64,000 bases of DNA. It comes from Marsupella aquatica (taxonomy: Eukaryota > Plantae > Marchantiophyta). The stretch lies in assembly GCA_973895155.1 (NCBI GenBank), contig OZ316893.1, positions 9,177,839 through 9,241,838 on the forward strand. Reading direction: 5' to 3'. Positions 12,443 through 25,154 of this stretch are shown one piece after another. The translations under genes and the position numbers were made by a program. The notes under the pieces are model-generated. The model was not told where the DNA came from, made no database searches, and worked only from the letters and a program-made list of their open reading frames with translations. Numbering within the stretch: position 1 is the first letter of the stretch; each line of letters opens with the position of its first letter.

Positions 12443-13638
12443 TTGAAGTTCCTGGAAAGAACTTGGCCCCAAATTACCAATTTTGTTCTCCGGTCACGAG
12501 TGTGCGGACATGCCTTTTTGGTGTCCGATATTTTTTGGGGGAAATTTTCCTTTGACTGCAACCGGAGGCAGAAAGAAAGAAGAGATTTGAGACAACCTAT
12601 TGACACCTCTCTTGTTTCCTAAATGTTTTGAACCAAAATGATGAATCTCCTGTGGATGAGCCCCTGAACCATGCAACCCCATGGACAGTGATGCATTTTA
12701 TACAATCTCTCATTAAAACCTTTCTTGCTTCCCAAACATTTTGAGCTAAAGTGATGCTCCCATGGCCTGAGCGATGAATCGTGCAGCCTATGCACTGAGA
12801 CACCTTCAGTCATTGACACCCTTTTGAACCATGTTGAAGAGCAAAGTTTGACCTTCAATATCCATATCCAATTGAATGAGCTTGCCTTGGGCCTGTTAGA
12901 AGCTGCTTACAAATGTTTCTCTGACCAGTCTAATTGCTCTGTTTCTCATGAAAATTTGATGTTAGTAGTGGCTATATGAGGAAAAGGCCCTCGTTGTGTA
13001 TAGTTTTATGTGAATGCTACAGCCGGTGCTATAGTTGGGATATCCAATGTATGAAAAAGCATATTACTTTCATCCTTACAAATGATTCTCTAATATTTCC
13101 ATGCTACCCATTCACCTGCCAAGTCATGCAGATATGCATTACAAAAGACTGTTTCTTATTCTATCTATTATTTCACCTTTTTTTTAGTTTTTCCATCCTA
13201 TTCATTCTTTTCAAAAATGTTTTTTCAACTATTGAAACAAATTTGTCTTCACTATATTTGTGTTTTTGCAATTTAGTTTTCTGTATATGCATTTAAAATA
13301 GCTTAAATATTTGAAAAACATTAATTTGAAAAGATTTAGTTGCGCCAGAAGAATGGGAGTGAGTGGGGTTTCCCTGTGGGATATGGCATGGGGATACTTC
13401 CAGAAATCACTACATACGAGGCTTAGTAACCTGGTGCAGTATCGACTACGATTCCTTGGACCACTTTCAATTTCAATGGGAGATGAATGCTATCAATGTA
13501 AGTGAGAGTCTCTGTTTGCATCTGTGCTTTACGTATGGCTTCCTTTGAATCACTCTCTGGCCTGGTGAAGAAAGATTAGGAGGTAGACACACTATTGCCA
13601 GTCACGGTTGTCCGCATCAATTACAGATGAGACTTAGA

Positions 13639-13816
13639 GAGGTATTTGCTTGATCGACCTCCAAAATGAAACTTGTTACTTGATCAACCCCCTGAGGTCT
13701 ATCAACGATCCACATCTGAGATCTAAAGGTCCATCAATGGTCCAGATTGGGGAAAAGCATGGAGGGGGTGATTAAGCAAACTTTTTCAAGAAGGGGGTCT
13801 ACTAAACATATCTCTC
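13639..13816. mobile_element. Small Mutator-like MITE (about 180 bp), degenerate
   Basis: Imperfect inverted ends (GAGGTATTTG...GACCTCC / GGGGGTC...CATATCTCTC). Flanks AGACTTAGA and AAACTTAGA match 8/9, consistent with a 9-bp TSD. Confidence 0.45.
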
Positions 13817-16800
13817 AAACTTAGAAGGCAAACATGATAAATTGAGCTGTGTCAAATTAATACACCATTTTAGTGTGGCCACTGGAGCCGTTAGCAGGGT
13901 GGAGAAATTGATGGAGGGGGGGGCGGTCCTAAATTGTTTGCAGTGGCACATTATTGTATGCAATTCAAACCGCAACAGCCATAGCGCATATTGTCAGAAT
14001 TCAGACAAGCAGATCAACCAAGCTCAAAGATCAGGCTATAAGTTTGGGTCTCATGTTCTTCTAAAACCACCAACATTCAGAACTAATTTGGTCATTCAGA
14101 CCTTTTGTTAGGCCCGATCTGCAAAGTACTGCAACAACCAGAAGAGACTTGACAATAAGCCTCACATTTGGTCTCATCCACAAATCATTTTGAATGACCA
14201 ATCATCCACAAACACGATTGCTCAAGGCACTTTTCAAGAACAAGGCATCCTAGTAGATAAGTGGGATATGCCACTAAAGCACAAGAACCGTCTTTGCTGA
14301 ACAACATAGTGATCATTAACTGGTATAGTAAATATTTGATGTTCATTCCCGTGCTGATTCCCACCTGTTTAAAACAACTGAAAAAATGGGGTTGTGATTA
14401 ATAACTAATGACATACTAAACCAAGTCCATCTACTGTACTTGGAACCCTAGGCACAATTAACAAAGTATAACTAAACCATGAACAGTTAAATCTGGTTAT
14501 GACCAATTGGCTCTAACTATGCTAAACTTTTGGTCGGAATACAGTAAAGTAGTTGCCACCTGGGCAAATTAAAAAATTACAAGAAAAAACATGGCTGGAC
14601 ACGCAAAGAGCATTTGTCTGTCCTTGTTCACGTGGTGTGAGTCAACAAGTTCAACCAAGACCAAATTCACTCATGATACCACTCATTTGCAATGGATTGA
14701 ATTGAAGTAGTAAACTAGCGGTACTTTAACTATGAAACATGGGATTGGCCTAGTCTAAATTTTAGATCAAGTTGCGTAAGCAAGCTTTCATTTGGACAAT
14801 TATCTTGAACCATGTCTGTCTAGAGTTGTCTGAGTGATTGGCACCAAAACACTACCATAGTGTTGGTAGATAGAAAGGAATATGTCAGTGGCTGGCAGAT
14901 TTGGATATTTGAGCTTATTGCTCAATCACTGGTTCAATTCCTCTCTGCCACACTTTCCATAAAAAATTAGACTAATGTAGCAGATTTGGTAGGGCACCAA
15001 ATCTAGTCATGTAGGCCCAAAATGTCAGTGACATGCCTGTCCATACTCACAAGCATAGTCTAAATACAAACAAAAAAATTGTTGGCAGAGAAAATAGCGC
15101 AGATCATGGCTTCATTTGCAATGATAGTATATATTTCTGGGTCAAGTGCCCGGGGAAACCTCAAAATCTAGGAGGTTTGGGAATTTACTTGTTAGCAAAT
15201 TAAATGAGTGTCATCAACCCTCCCTTGTGATGGGGCCCTAGACTGGCCTAAGAACATATTTTCAGAACCAATTCAAATATATAATCACAATCAAAAGGAC
15301 TCTTCAGGCCCTGCCCTCTAGAGTGAAGTCACCAGACCATGATTCTTGAGTATAATTCAAATTGGGGTGCAAGTAGAAAATGGAGATTGGGGCACTGTGA
15401 GTCTCTGAAAATGATGCAGGGGGCTTCAATGTACTCAACTCTATTTATGATCAAGGACACAAAGTCTCAGGGATTGCACAACAAGATGGGTGACAATATT
15501 GGGTATACTAAGAATAACACTAGCTCATCTAAAGAGAATAACTGCCTTTATCACACTATGGAACAACATTGTTTACTATCAATTGTACTAATATGATGGT
15601 GCAATTTCGCGGACACAAGAACAGGTACTTAGGCTAGTTGTCAAGACAATGTGAACTTTAGATACTAATCTAGCCCTATTTTGACCACATAGGGTTTGTC
15701 AGAGGTCTGGTAGTAAAGGGGAAGGCTCTAAACTCTAAACCATAGCACTAGGCACTGAGGCAGTCAGGGTGTGGGAACAGGGTAGGGACATAAGTATTGT
15801 ACCTAACAATTCTTCTGACTCATAGGTCTCTAGTCTGTAAAGACTGAACTACTGAAGTGTTGAATTCTAACTTTGACCAGCTTGCTGTCTATTTAGGACT
15901 GCAATGCTGACTAGGTCATGTCAGGCAGGACATTCTATTCTGTTCCGGAGACTCTTTTATAACATTTTAATTTAATAGCATTTGTACTGTCCTCATCTGT
16001 AGGTCCTTCCCTTATTTCCGTATCACTGCTTTGGGCTTACAAGTTTATACATCTTCTCTCCCTTGGTCATATTACACATTTTCGTCTTTCCAAAATCTTT
16101 ATTTTGAGCAAAGTCTCGGAGCCCTACAAATGCCCAAGCTATATTATAGCATGTTCATTTGGAACACGATTGTTTCATTTTTTGTCTTGTAATGATGTGT
16201 AATGGCTTTTGCACAGTATTTGATAGCATTGAGTTGGATAAGATACAAGTAAAGCACATGCCAAGAAAAGTGCATTACACATGATGAAAGTAAAAATAGA
16301 AGTGCACAAATCTTGAACACATAAGGTACAGAATTCTGGCTTGCCCTAATGACACTCAAAAGTTGTGCACATATGAGGTACAGAAGACCCTCACTTGCCT
16401 TAGGTAATGACAATAAAAACCATTAACTTAGTGAACATTAGAATTGGAGCACTTAAAATAGGAGGTGTCTTTATTCCTTAGTACCATTTCTCTTATTCAT
16501 AAGACTAGAGAAATATTCCTAAAGTGCTTTGATGCTTTGTAATGAAATGTAAATGCAATGGGATTGAGAGATAGCAACATTAAAAAAGTTAAGAGAATTG
16601 CATAAATAATGTAGAATTTTAAACAATACAAGTGATACACCTTGTTACCGCACATAATTTATTTATTTTAAACCAGAAAATCCTAGTAAGACAAAATACT
16701 GAAAGGTCTATTGGCCATATAGCAGTGTCACTATATAGTAATGTGAAGAAGAGTGCCCCAGACTATTTTGTTGCCCACAGCCAGAGGTAAGGATGAAAGT

Positions 16801-16899
16801 TCTTGTGTATGAGTTTGTTTCAAATTGTTTTCATACCATTCCACCAAGCAAATTACGAGCACTTAGGTCTTATCTCTTCCCTCTTAGGCTACCATGCGT

Positions 16900-17830
16900 C
16901 TAAATTACTTTCTTCATTAAAAATAGGTTTTTGCAAGACAATGCATATTTGTCTGCCACAAAGCAACCTCATTTTTAGTCCCAAACCATCAATTCGTTGG
17001 TTCCAGGGTAGCTGGACACTTGAGGCATTTCAGTCTACAAGCCGTGCCGCTAGATGGGATCCCCATCTTGAGCATTTTGCTCAAATTGGTTTTTTAAGCT
17101 CAGATGTAATGTCTTGAGACATGCATTTTAACTACAATGATATACAGTTGGAATCAAAGCACCTTATTTCCAAACACTGCAATTTGGACCCATCCAAACA
17201 GAAAGGTTAGGGTGGTTAGGCTTGTTATTTAATAGAATTCATTGACTGAACAAAGTGAAGTAAAGTCTTGCAACCTCAACGTCTCAAAACAATATTCTCT
17301 GGTTATGGTAGTCAGGAATAATATGGCCGGCACATCAAAGAATATACCACAAATGTAGAAGTTGGTTTTGATAGTCTTTTGTGAGCAACTTCTCTTTGGC
17401 CGTGGACTTTTCATGAGTACATATAAGCCCCTATAGATGAAAAGTTTGGCTTTGGAGACTCAATGGACAACTGTAGATAGTGGGGTAAACCATATTGTAG
17501 GAGTATAACATGATATTTGTGTCTCCCAGGTTTCATGGGGAATCTATCTGAGCACAGTGTCAAAACTTTGTGTTGATTCAGGCTATTCTTTCAAAAATTA
17601 ATAATTATGTGTGTGCATATATTTTTCAATGGCTAGCACAAGATGGGCACTTTGTTCCTATGAATGTCTGTGTGCACATTATTTTGTAGACAATATCCCG
17701 GACAATATGACGTTTGTATGGTTTGATACATATCATGTACGTACCAGCACTATGCCTGTGCATCGCAAAATAGTCTACTGCATACTGAAATTCTTCTCTT
17801 GGCACTACATCCATACATCAACTATGCACT
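16900..17830 (-). mobile_element. Possible hAT-type transposase relic
   Basis: Stop-riddled minus-strand frame containing KCSRWGSHLAARL (like the hAT TRWxS motif). Weak evidence only. Confidence 0.2.
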
Positions 17831-18543
17831 AGACAGTACATCCACCATAGTCTCAATTTCTCTATGACAAGATTCTCTCTCTCTCTCTTAGTCACCAACT
17901 CCTCAAGACTGATCTCTCAGTGTAAGCATAATGAAGTGCTCCTCTAGGGTAATGGCCCTCTCCGCTAGTGTAACCTCAACAACCCTTAATTATGGTTAAA
18001 CTATGATTCAGCTAACCTAACCTGACACTAGATTATTTGAGTCCATCAATAATATTGCCCTTGATATTGCCAAGAGTAACAGATGTTGAGGTAAAGTGTT
18101 GCTGAGCATAAGTGACCAGGGAATTGGATTCCAAGGATTGTGCAAGTAGCAGGTTGCACCCCCAAAAGTGCACCTTTAGGCCCATCTCATGGATAGAAAA
18201 CTGACACCATACCAGGATAGCTAGGGAGGCTTTTTGTCAGAATGACATTTCATAAACAGAGGACCATGAGTAAAAAAAAGGAGTATTATAGATTCTAATG
18301 TTTTAGATAGATATATGTACAAATCCACGTATGCCTATCTGAATGAGAGCTAAGTAACTCTGAATAAATTAAAGATTAAAATTTCAGTGCCTTCGTCAGG
18401 TTACCTTTGTAACACACCCATCACCCCACACAATGTTTGAAAGTGCTGCTCCCATCTACAACATATGGAACCTGGCAAAAGTGAAAATACTAATTACCAA
18501 TGAATATTATGTGTGACCTAGTGATATTGGAGCTCAGTAAAGT

Positions 18544-19688
18544 GGAAAAAATATAAAATAATTATATAAGATTAAATTGTATGAGCATGGAGAATTGACA
18601 CAGAGAAGTAGTGTGTGACCTAGTGGTATTGGAGCTCAGTTGAGACTATGAGATGGCGTGTTGAAGGCACACAACGAGCGACTTTTCTTTTCTTTAATTG
18701 AGGGCATGGAAAGGAATGAACATTATAGGGAGGGGGGTGTCTAATTGTATTTGAAAATGGAAATGGTAAATGAGATATTTTCTTGCCCTTTTCTAAAAGG
18801 TGAAATAGCAAATCTCCCATAAAGGAGACGTTTACTTTCCATTCTGGATTCAATGCATCTCCATTGTAATATTCGAGTAAGTACTCCCATCTCACCTAGT
18901 ACAGCAGAAGAGATTAAGTGAAGAACTCCAGATACAAAACATGGGAAATATATGGGGGGTTCATATAATTTGGAGATAGAAAAAAATAACAAAGGAGACA
19001 CCCATCAGAGCCAGGGATGAAAATTAAAATAATGTCAAAAAAAATTGGACTTAGAGATATGAAACAAGGATGCGCCATATAGCAGCAGAAAATTTGAGGA
19101 GACATGATCACATAAAAAAACCATTTATCCCCTAATTAAACCATTCATGGTAACCATACATCTTATTGTATAACAAGTAAAACTTTATTTATGCAATTTG
19201 TTTTCAAATCAAAAAAGATGTGGCAGGATGCTAGGCATGCCAATGGCAGTCTACCAGCCTACAATTAATCACTCAATCACATATCTTTTCTACATACAAG
19301 ACTGGAAAGAATCTAATTGGCTACTTTGGAAAACACCAAAGGCGCTGTGCTTGACACATTTGTCAAGAATAAGAACCCATGCTTGTACCTCCCTGGCTCT
19401 GATGGGTGTCTCATTTGTTATGTTTTCTATCTCCAAAGTACTTGAACCCCCATCTATATCTCATTTACCATTTCCATTTTCAAATACAATTAGACACCCC
19501 CCCCCCCTAACGTTCATTCCTTTCCATGCTCTCAATTAAAGAAAAGAAAAGTTTCCCATCATGTACCGTGAACATGTCACCTGTAGTCTTAACTGAGCTC
19601 CAATACCACTAGGTCACACACTACTTATGTGTGTCAATTGTCCATGCTCATTACCATTTAATTCTTTATAATTTTTAAATATTTTTCC
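18544..19688. mobile_element. Foldback / long-TIR non-autonomous element (about 1.15 kb)
   Basis: 18544-18779 is the reverse complement of 19456-19688, and 18945-19017 is the reverse complement of 19390-19462. No coding capacity and no clean TSD. Confidence 0.8.
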
Positions 19689-19708
19689 GGTTAAAATTGA
19701 TATTATAG

Positions 19709-19865
19709 CCTAGTTTTACATTATTTTTGAATAAGTTGAAAGGGTCCCGCATTAGAACTCCTCAAAAATCTGTGCCCTCCTCAAAACCTAGTTTTACATT
19801 ATTTTTGAATAAGTTAAAAGCGTCAAACATTATAACTACTAAAAAATTTGTGCCCTCCTCAAAAC
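19709..19865. repeat. ~78-bp tandem duplication adjacent to the foldback element
   Basis: CCTAGTTTTACATTATTTTTGAATAAGTT...TGTGCCCTCCTCAAAA at 19709 and 19787. Confidence 0.9.
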
Positions 19866-22800
19866 TGAACCGGGACCCAAAAATGGGGCTAGCCTGAAAC
19901 TGAAGTGGGACCCAAAAATGGGGAGAGCATTCTGGTGGGCTGTGGAGGAGAACCGAGGTGCATTGAATGAGAAACCAGTGACTCGTCTCCCTAAATATAA
20001 CAAGTAGGTCATAATTATCAATTTTTTGGGTTGCTTTGGAAAAGAGAAAAGGGGAATGGCCCCATTATTGGGCAGTCTATTTGTATCCGGAGGTTATTCA
20101 GATCATTTTTTAGCCAGTGAATGTTTTTTTGTTTCAAGAAACGAGGAACATCACATTACTGAACAACTAAAATACATACTTAATAAACATATCCTTATAA
20201 AATCTATCATTTGGCCCACTGTACTTGTTGCCGAGTTCATTGATATTATTTTTAACTGTTTTATTTATTTTAGTAGAAAGGGGAAAACGCAAGTGACATA
20301 AAGTCGTTAGATCAACCCTTTGAGCTCTACGTTTTCACCCTCCTTTTTAGATAACTTGAAAAAAATATTGGTTCACAGTTTTGCCAAGCTTTGATGGAAC
20401 TTTCTGACCAATTTTTGCAGCCTTGTGTCAATATGATATCAAACACTATAATACATTATCTTGCCAAAAACTTCTTTAGTCTATTCACAAAATGAAAATG
20501 GGTTGAGAAAGTTTCAATATTAAAAAGAAAAGGGAAAACATTAAACCAAAATAACTATCAGATAATAGTGCTTGGACTATCATGCAACGCAGTTGCCGCT
20601 ATCTTGCATCCCCATGTTTTCCCTCCCCAACAACAACACTTTCATAACAAAAGCACTAACAAAAATGAATCACAACAACCACCGACCAAAATATTTTGCA
20701 CAACAAAGTGACTGCACAAATGACCCAGTCAAAACAAAAACACTTAATTTTATTTGTCTTACTTGCAATTCTTTATCTCACCTTGACATTTTTGTGCAAC
20801 AAAAACGGGAGGGAGCGAGGAAGGGAGAGGGGATAACGAGTTCAAATTAGCTTAACCAATTGCAACAGCAGGTAACACACGGGTATTGATCACATTCCCG
20901 ATCACATTGTCATAACAACGTACACCATGGCCACAATGACACGTAAGATGCCTTGACAACTTTCATGCCTCATCTGCGTTATTCTACTTGCTTCAGCACA
21001 ACACAATGGCCACAATGATCACATGGCCACAATTATTGCATGACAAGCATGACAAAATGGCCAGACACACAAATTTAGTATAATATAGAAGTGTTATTAA
21101 CTTTCTTGCCTACATTTTCTTGCCTACATTTTCTTGCCTCTCCTTGATATCTTGTAATTCTAATTGGCGTCTTTGCCTTATTTTGAAAGTTTTGCCTCTC
21201 CTCAACATCTTTCTCTCTCTTCAATATCTTATGTGCAGTGCAGAGACATTGGGCTAGTTATACCATACTCACTAAATGTCCAAACTTTGGTAGTAAATAG
21301 ATGGTGGGTACCATCCTTCCCACTTCCAGTTCTACCCCAACCACAATAGTTCTAGATCACAGGCCTTTATCCAAGTGTTCTATTGCATTTATTCGGAAAC
21401 AACAATAACAGTTGACCTTAAAACTCTGTTGTGCATCATGAAACCTGGATTGGTAGTATTTTTTCTTATATATTCCAGCAGACTAGCATGGTAGAAGAAG
21501 GGAGTGTGTGGAATTTGGAAGAAGCACGGGAAGAAGGGGAAGTCTTGGGCACTTCCCCATGTATATGGCCAGTGGTGGTTTGAAGCATGCTCGTTTGGCT
21601 TCAAAATTTGAGTGGCTACTAGCTTCTCAACAACTAGAACTATTGTAATTGCATAGATGTCTATAATTTTTTTTTTACTTTCCAGACCAAGCCCAACACA
21701 GCCCTTGACTCTCTTAGCATTCAGGTGTCATAGGGGGTGTCATACTTACAGGTTAGAATTGTTTGTCCTTCAGTCCGTGAGAAGCTATCAATCATGAATA
21801 CGGCAAGAAGTTTTGCCCACTCAATTACCAATGATATCTCTTCTTTCAGATTGACCTGTAGCTCTAGTTTTATAACATCTTGCTCATAACAAAATTGCTA
21901 GACCTCAGGTCTGAATCTGAATAGTCTTCCAATGTAACATTGTCTTCCAGGTGAGGGAGGACTTGATTTGGATTGTGGATGAGGTGTTAGACATTTCTGT
22001 CATGTTTGCTTGGGTCTTCTTACCACTTCCATTATCAAACCACGGTGGACTAGCCTAGACACCCCATAGAAGTTGTTGAAGATTGATTTACGTGCCTTGA
22101 TATGTAACACTTGCATTTGGTTTGAGACCAAATACTAAGGTTGGTCTGCCATTCGACAGCTCATGAATGATTACTTGCCAGAAAAAGCTAGTGCAAGATG
22201 GGGTGCAAGACTTGCATGACTAGGTAACATGAAACTGATTGTCATGGATATTTTGATGCACCACATAACTTTGGCCCACGTACCAGTAGTGGACCACATA
22301 TCTTTGGCCCACCAAGTTTTGAGACGCCTTACTTGGGGCATTTGTCCCAAAAATTCCCTAAAAAGTACATTTGTTATGTGCTGTTTACCATATCCTTGAA
22401 TTTAATAAACAGAAAAACTAAGGGGCGGTTGCTTTTGGACATAGTGTATCTTAAATCCTGGACATTCTATACGAACGTTATTTGGGGGGATTCAGTCGGT
22501 TGGAGATAATTGTACACCGTTAATAGATTATTAGCGGGATTATTAGACAAGACAATGCATATCATATAAATGAGAACCATTGTACCTTCGTTATCTTTTG
22601 GGAAAGCCATTACCATTTGTATAGTACTATCTAGATCATTGGGTCAGGACGTTCAATAGCACATGCTTAGCTCGAGAACCTTAACTCAAGGTCTAATTTC
22701 CACCTGTACCATAACTGAACTAGTTTAGACTTAACTTCACCCCATGTGTAACTGTACTAATCTCCTATGATTCTAACCATCCCCCATCAAAGTCCAAATA

Positions 22801-23399
22801 ATCCAAATCTTGCCTTCGTGTGTCCGACCTATTTCTTCCAATTAGAGTGTTTTACACAGTTGGGGTATGCCTTATCCAAAAGCACTACATAGAAGAGTAT
22901 AGGTATACCATGTTTTACGAAAACGCCCACAAACTGATAAAAAATGGTAACCTGTTCCCCAAACTGATTGAACGGCCACATTAATCCTGTAGCTAATTCA
23001 AGATCCCGCATTATTGGTTCGCTTCCATATGTAAAGGCAGGATTGGTTGTGCCATTATATGTACAAAATTCGTACGCAAAATATAACAAAAATGGGCTGT
23101 AGAGAAGGTCATCCCATTTATGCTTCGTTCCCACCTGGTCAACACAACCTTGACCACCATGAGCACCGTCCGTCGTCATGCATGCATGACCCTCATGCCC
23201 AGGGATGCCTGAACACCGAAATCCTATGCCCATCAACGGTCACTTTTTTTCCTCCCGTTTCAGAGAAAATTACCATACCGCTGCTCTGGTCCGAAAGCAG
23301 ATCACCGGTCTCGTTATTTCGGTTCATTTCATTTCCATTACCGTTGCAAAAGAGGTGGAATCCAAAAGATGGCAATTCTGGCCGGGTCGTGATTCCTTC

Positions 23400-25154
23400 A
23401 TGGGTTTACCGAATTACAGCTATAGTAACTTTACCGGCCTCTGTAGGCCTCTGTACGGGCTGGGCCCGGTTTCTGCCCACGTGGTGACTGGAAGCTCTGT
23501 GGCGCTCCGTCAGAAATCCAGGCTTTTCGTCTGTCAGGTGACCGGCTTCCCCAGTCGGGACGCCGGGGCCTGAACAGTAGCTTTCCGCCTCCTTCCCTCG
23601 TCCTTCGCCGACCAGCCCTCCGCAGCAGAGTCCCGGCGGCCGGTCCCCGGCGACATCCCGGGTGCCGGGAATCGCAAATTCAAGCTATCGGCTCTGCACG
23701 GCCGTCAGATGAACGAGAACAAACGGGCGATGTTCAGTCGCACGCGCGGGAGAAAAAATTTCGCAGCGTGTAAAGCGCCGCAGTTCACGGTAGATTCTCT
23801 AACCATCGCCCGTGGGTAACTCAAGACACGGCGTCCTTCAGTTCGAACTGAACCAGAGGGGCCATCGGACGGACATAATGAGCGAGATCCCGCATATGAA
23901 GCTGGAGATCGACGAGGGGCCGTCAGATGGTGAGCTGGGTTTGCGCGAGGAGGAGCCGAATTTCGGTCCGGCGAGTTACCGTTGGTGAGGGTCGGGAGGA
24001 GAGGAAACCGGGGACCGGTAAAGACGGGTCGAGGTTTGGATTTTGGAATGCTGAGGCCTGAGGGAAGGGAAGAGGAGTGTTGTGGGTTTCGGAGTGTCGA
24101 GAGATGATCGAGAGATGTGGAGGTGGGATCGGATATTGTTAAGCTACAGCGCCTCGAGACGAGAGAGCGAAGGAGAAGAGCGAAGGAGAGATCGTGGTGC
24201 ATTGATTGGTGGATTGATTTTCGGTGTCAGGGCGCTTGCTCACTCTTGCTTTTTGGGCCGTATTGTGTTCTCGCGGCACGAGCGAAAGGATAGGCTCTTG
24301 CGGGAGAGCTGAAGACCCTTTTCTCGCTTTTACGAGAGTTGTGATCTCGATTGTGTTCGGTTTTGCTCTCGCGAGTTCCTCATCTCCTCATCTCCTCGTG
24401 CTGCACTTCTTCGGCGGATCCTGTAGCTGTTGTGTTGCTGCTGTCTGGGAGGTGTAGCTTGGAGACTGTAGCTGAGCTGTAGTGCGAGGCATTTGCAGTG
24501 AGTGCGTCATCAGCACTCCTGGTGTGGGGGCAGGAACGATCGGGCTCGATTGTAGCTCTGCAGTTCTTGGCATTTTGGGCGGAGATCTATCTATCAATGT
24601 GTCTGGTGATTTGGGTGTGCCTGCAATGCGATGTGATGTGAGGCTGCTTGTTGATGATAGTGTGCGCGGCCTTGTGCAACGAGGGGTGAGTCTCACAAGC
24701 TGCATTGTCTCGAGAGTTCGCCTGAAACACTTTCTCTGATTGGAGCGAGTTCTTGGGAGTTCAACCCGGCTGCCTGCCTGTCTGGACAGCCGGGATCTAC
24801 AGGAAGGCGAGGACGAGTTACAAATGGACTAAGTAGGATATTAGCGTGGTGAACCGTGACGACATTAGAGACGTACTGCATTGGCTGTCAACATTCTCTA
24901 TTGGGGATATAGCTCTCCTCCCGTGTGCCCTGCTTATCACTTACAGAGTTCTCATTGTTTGTGGAGTTTGTCGTCGGTCTTACCAAAGTAGGAGAAGGCT
25001 GGTCAAGCGCATTTAGAAAGGCTGCAGGGCCCGTTTGAAGTAGCAACGTTCTCAGTGGATTGCTTTCTTTGGGAATTGTGTTGGTCTTTTTCCTGTTCGG
25101 AGAAAAACATTTCCCTGAGAGAGGCCGAGGCTGGGTCCGAGACAGTGGAGCCCG
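23400..25154 (+). promoter_or_regulatory. GC/CpG-rich promoter and long, probably intron-containing 5' leader of MAP65
   Basis: Sharp rise in GC and CpG content, GA-rich tract at about 24100-24190, candidate donor GGG|GTGAGT near 24686 and candidate acceptor CTGCAG| near 25027. The TSS is not determined. Confidence 0.5.

Noticed and set aside
23705-24739. ORFs of 76-165 aa on both strands
   Set aside because: They lie in the GC-rich MAP65 promoter/leader where stops are rare, and show no domain similarity.
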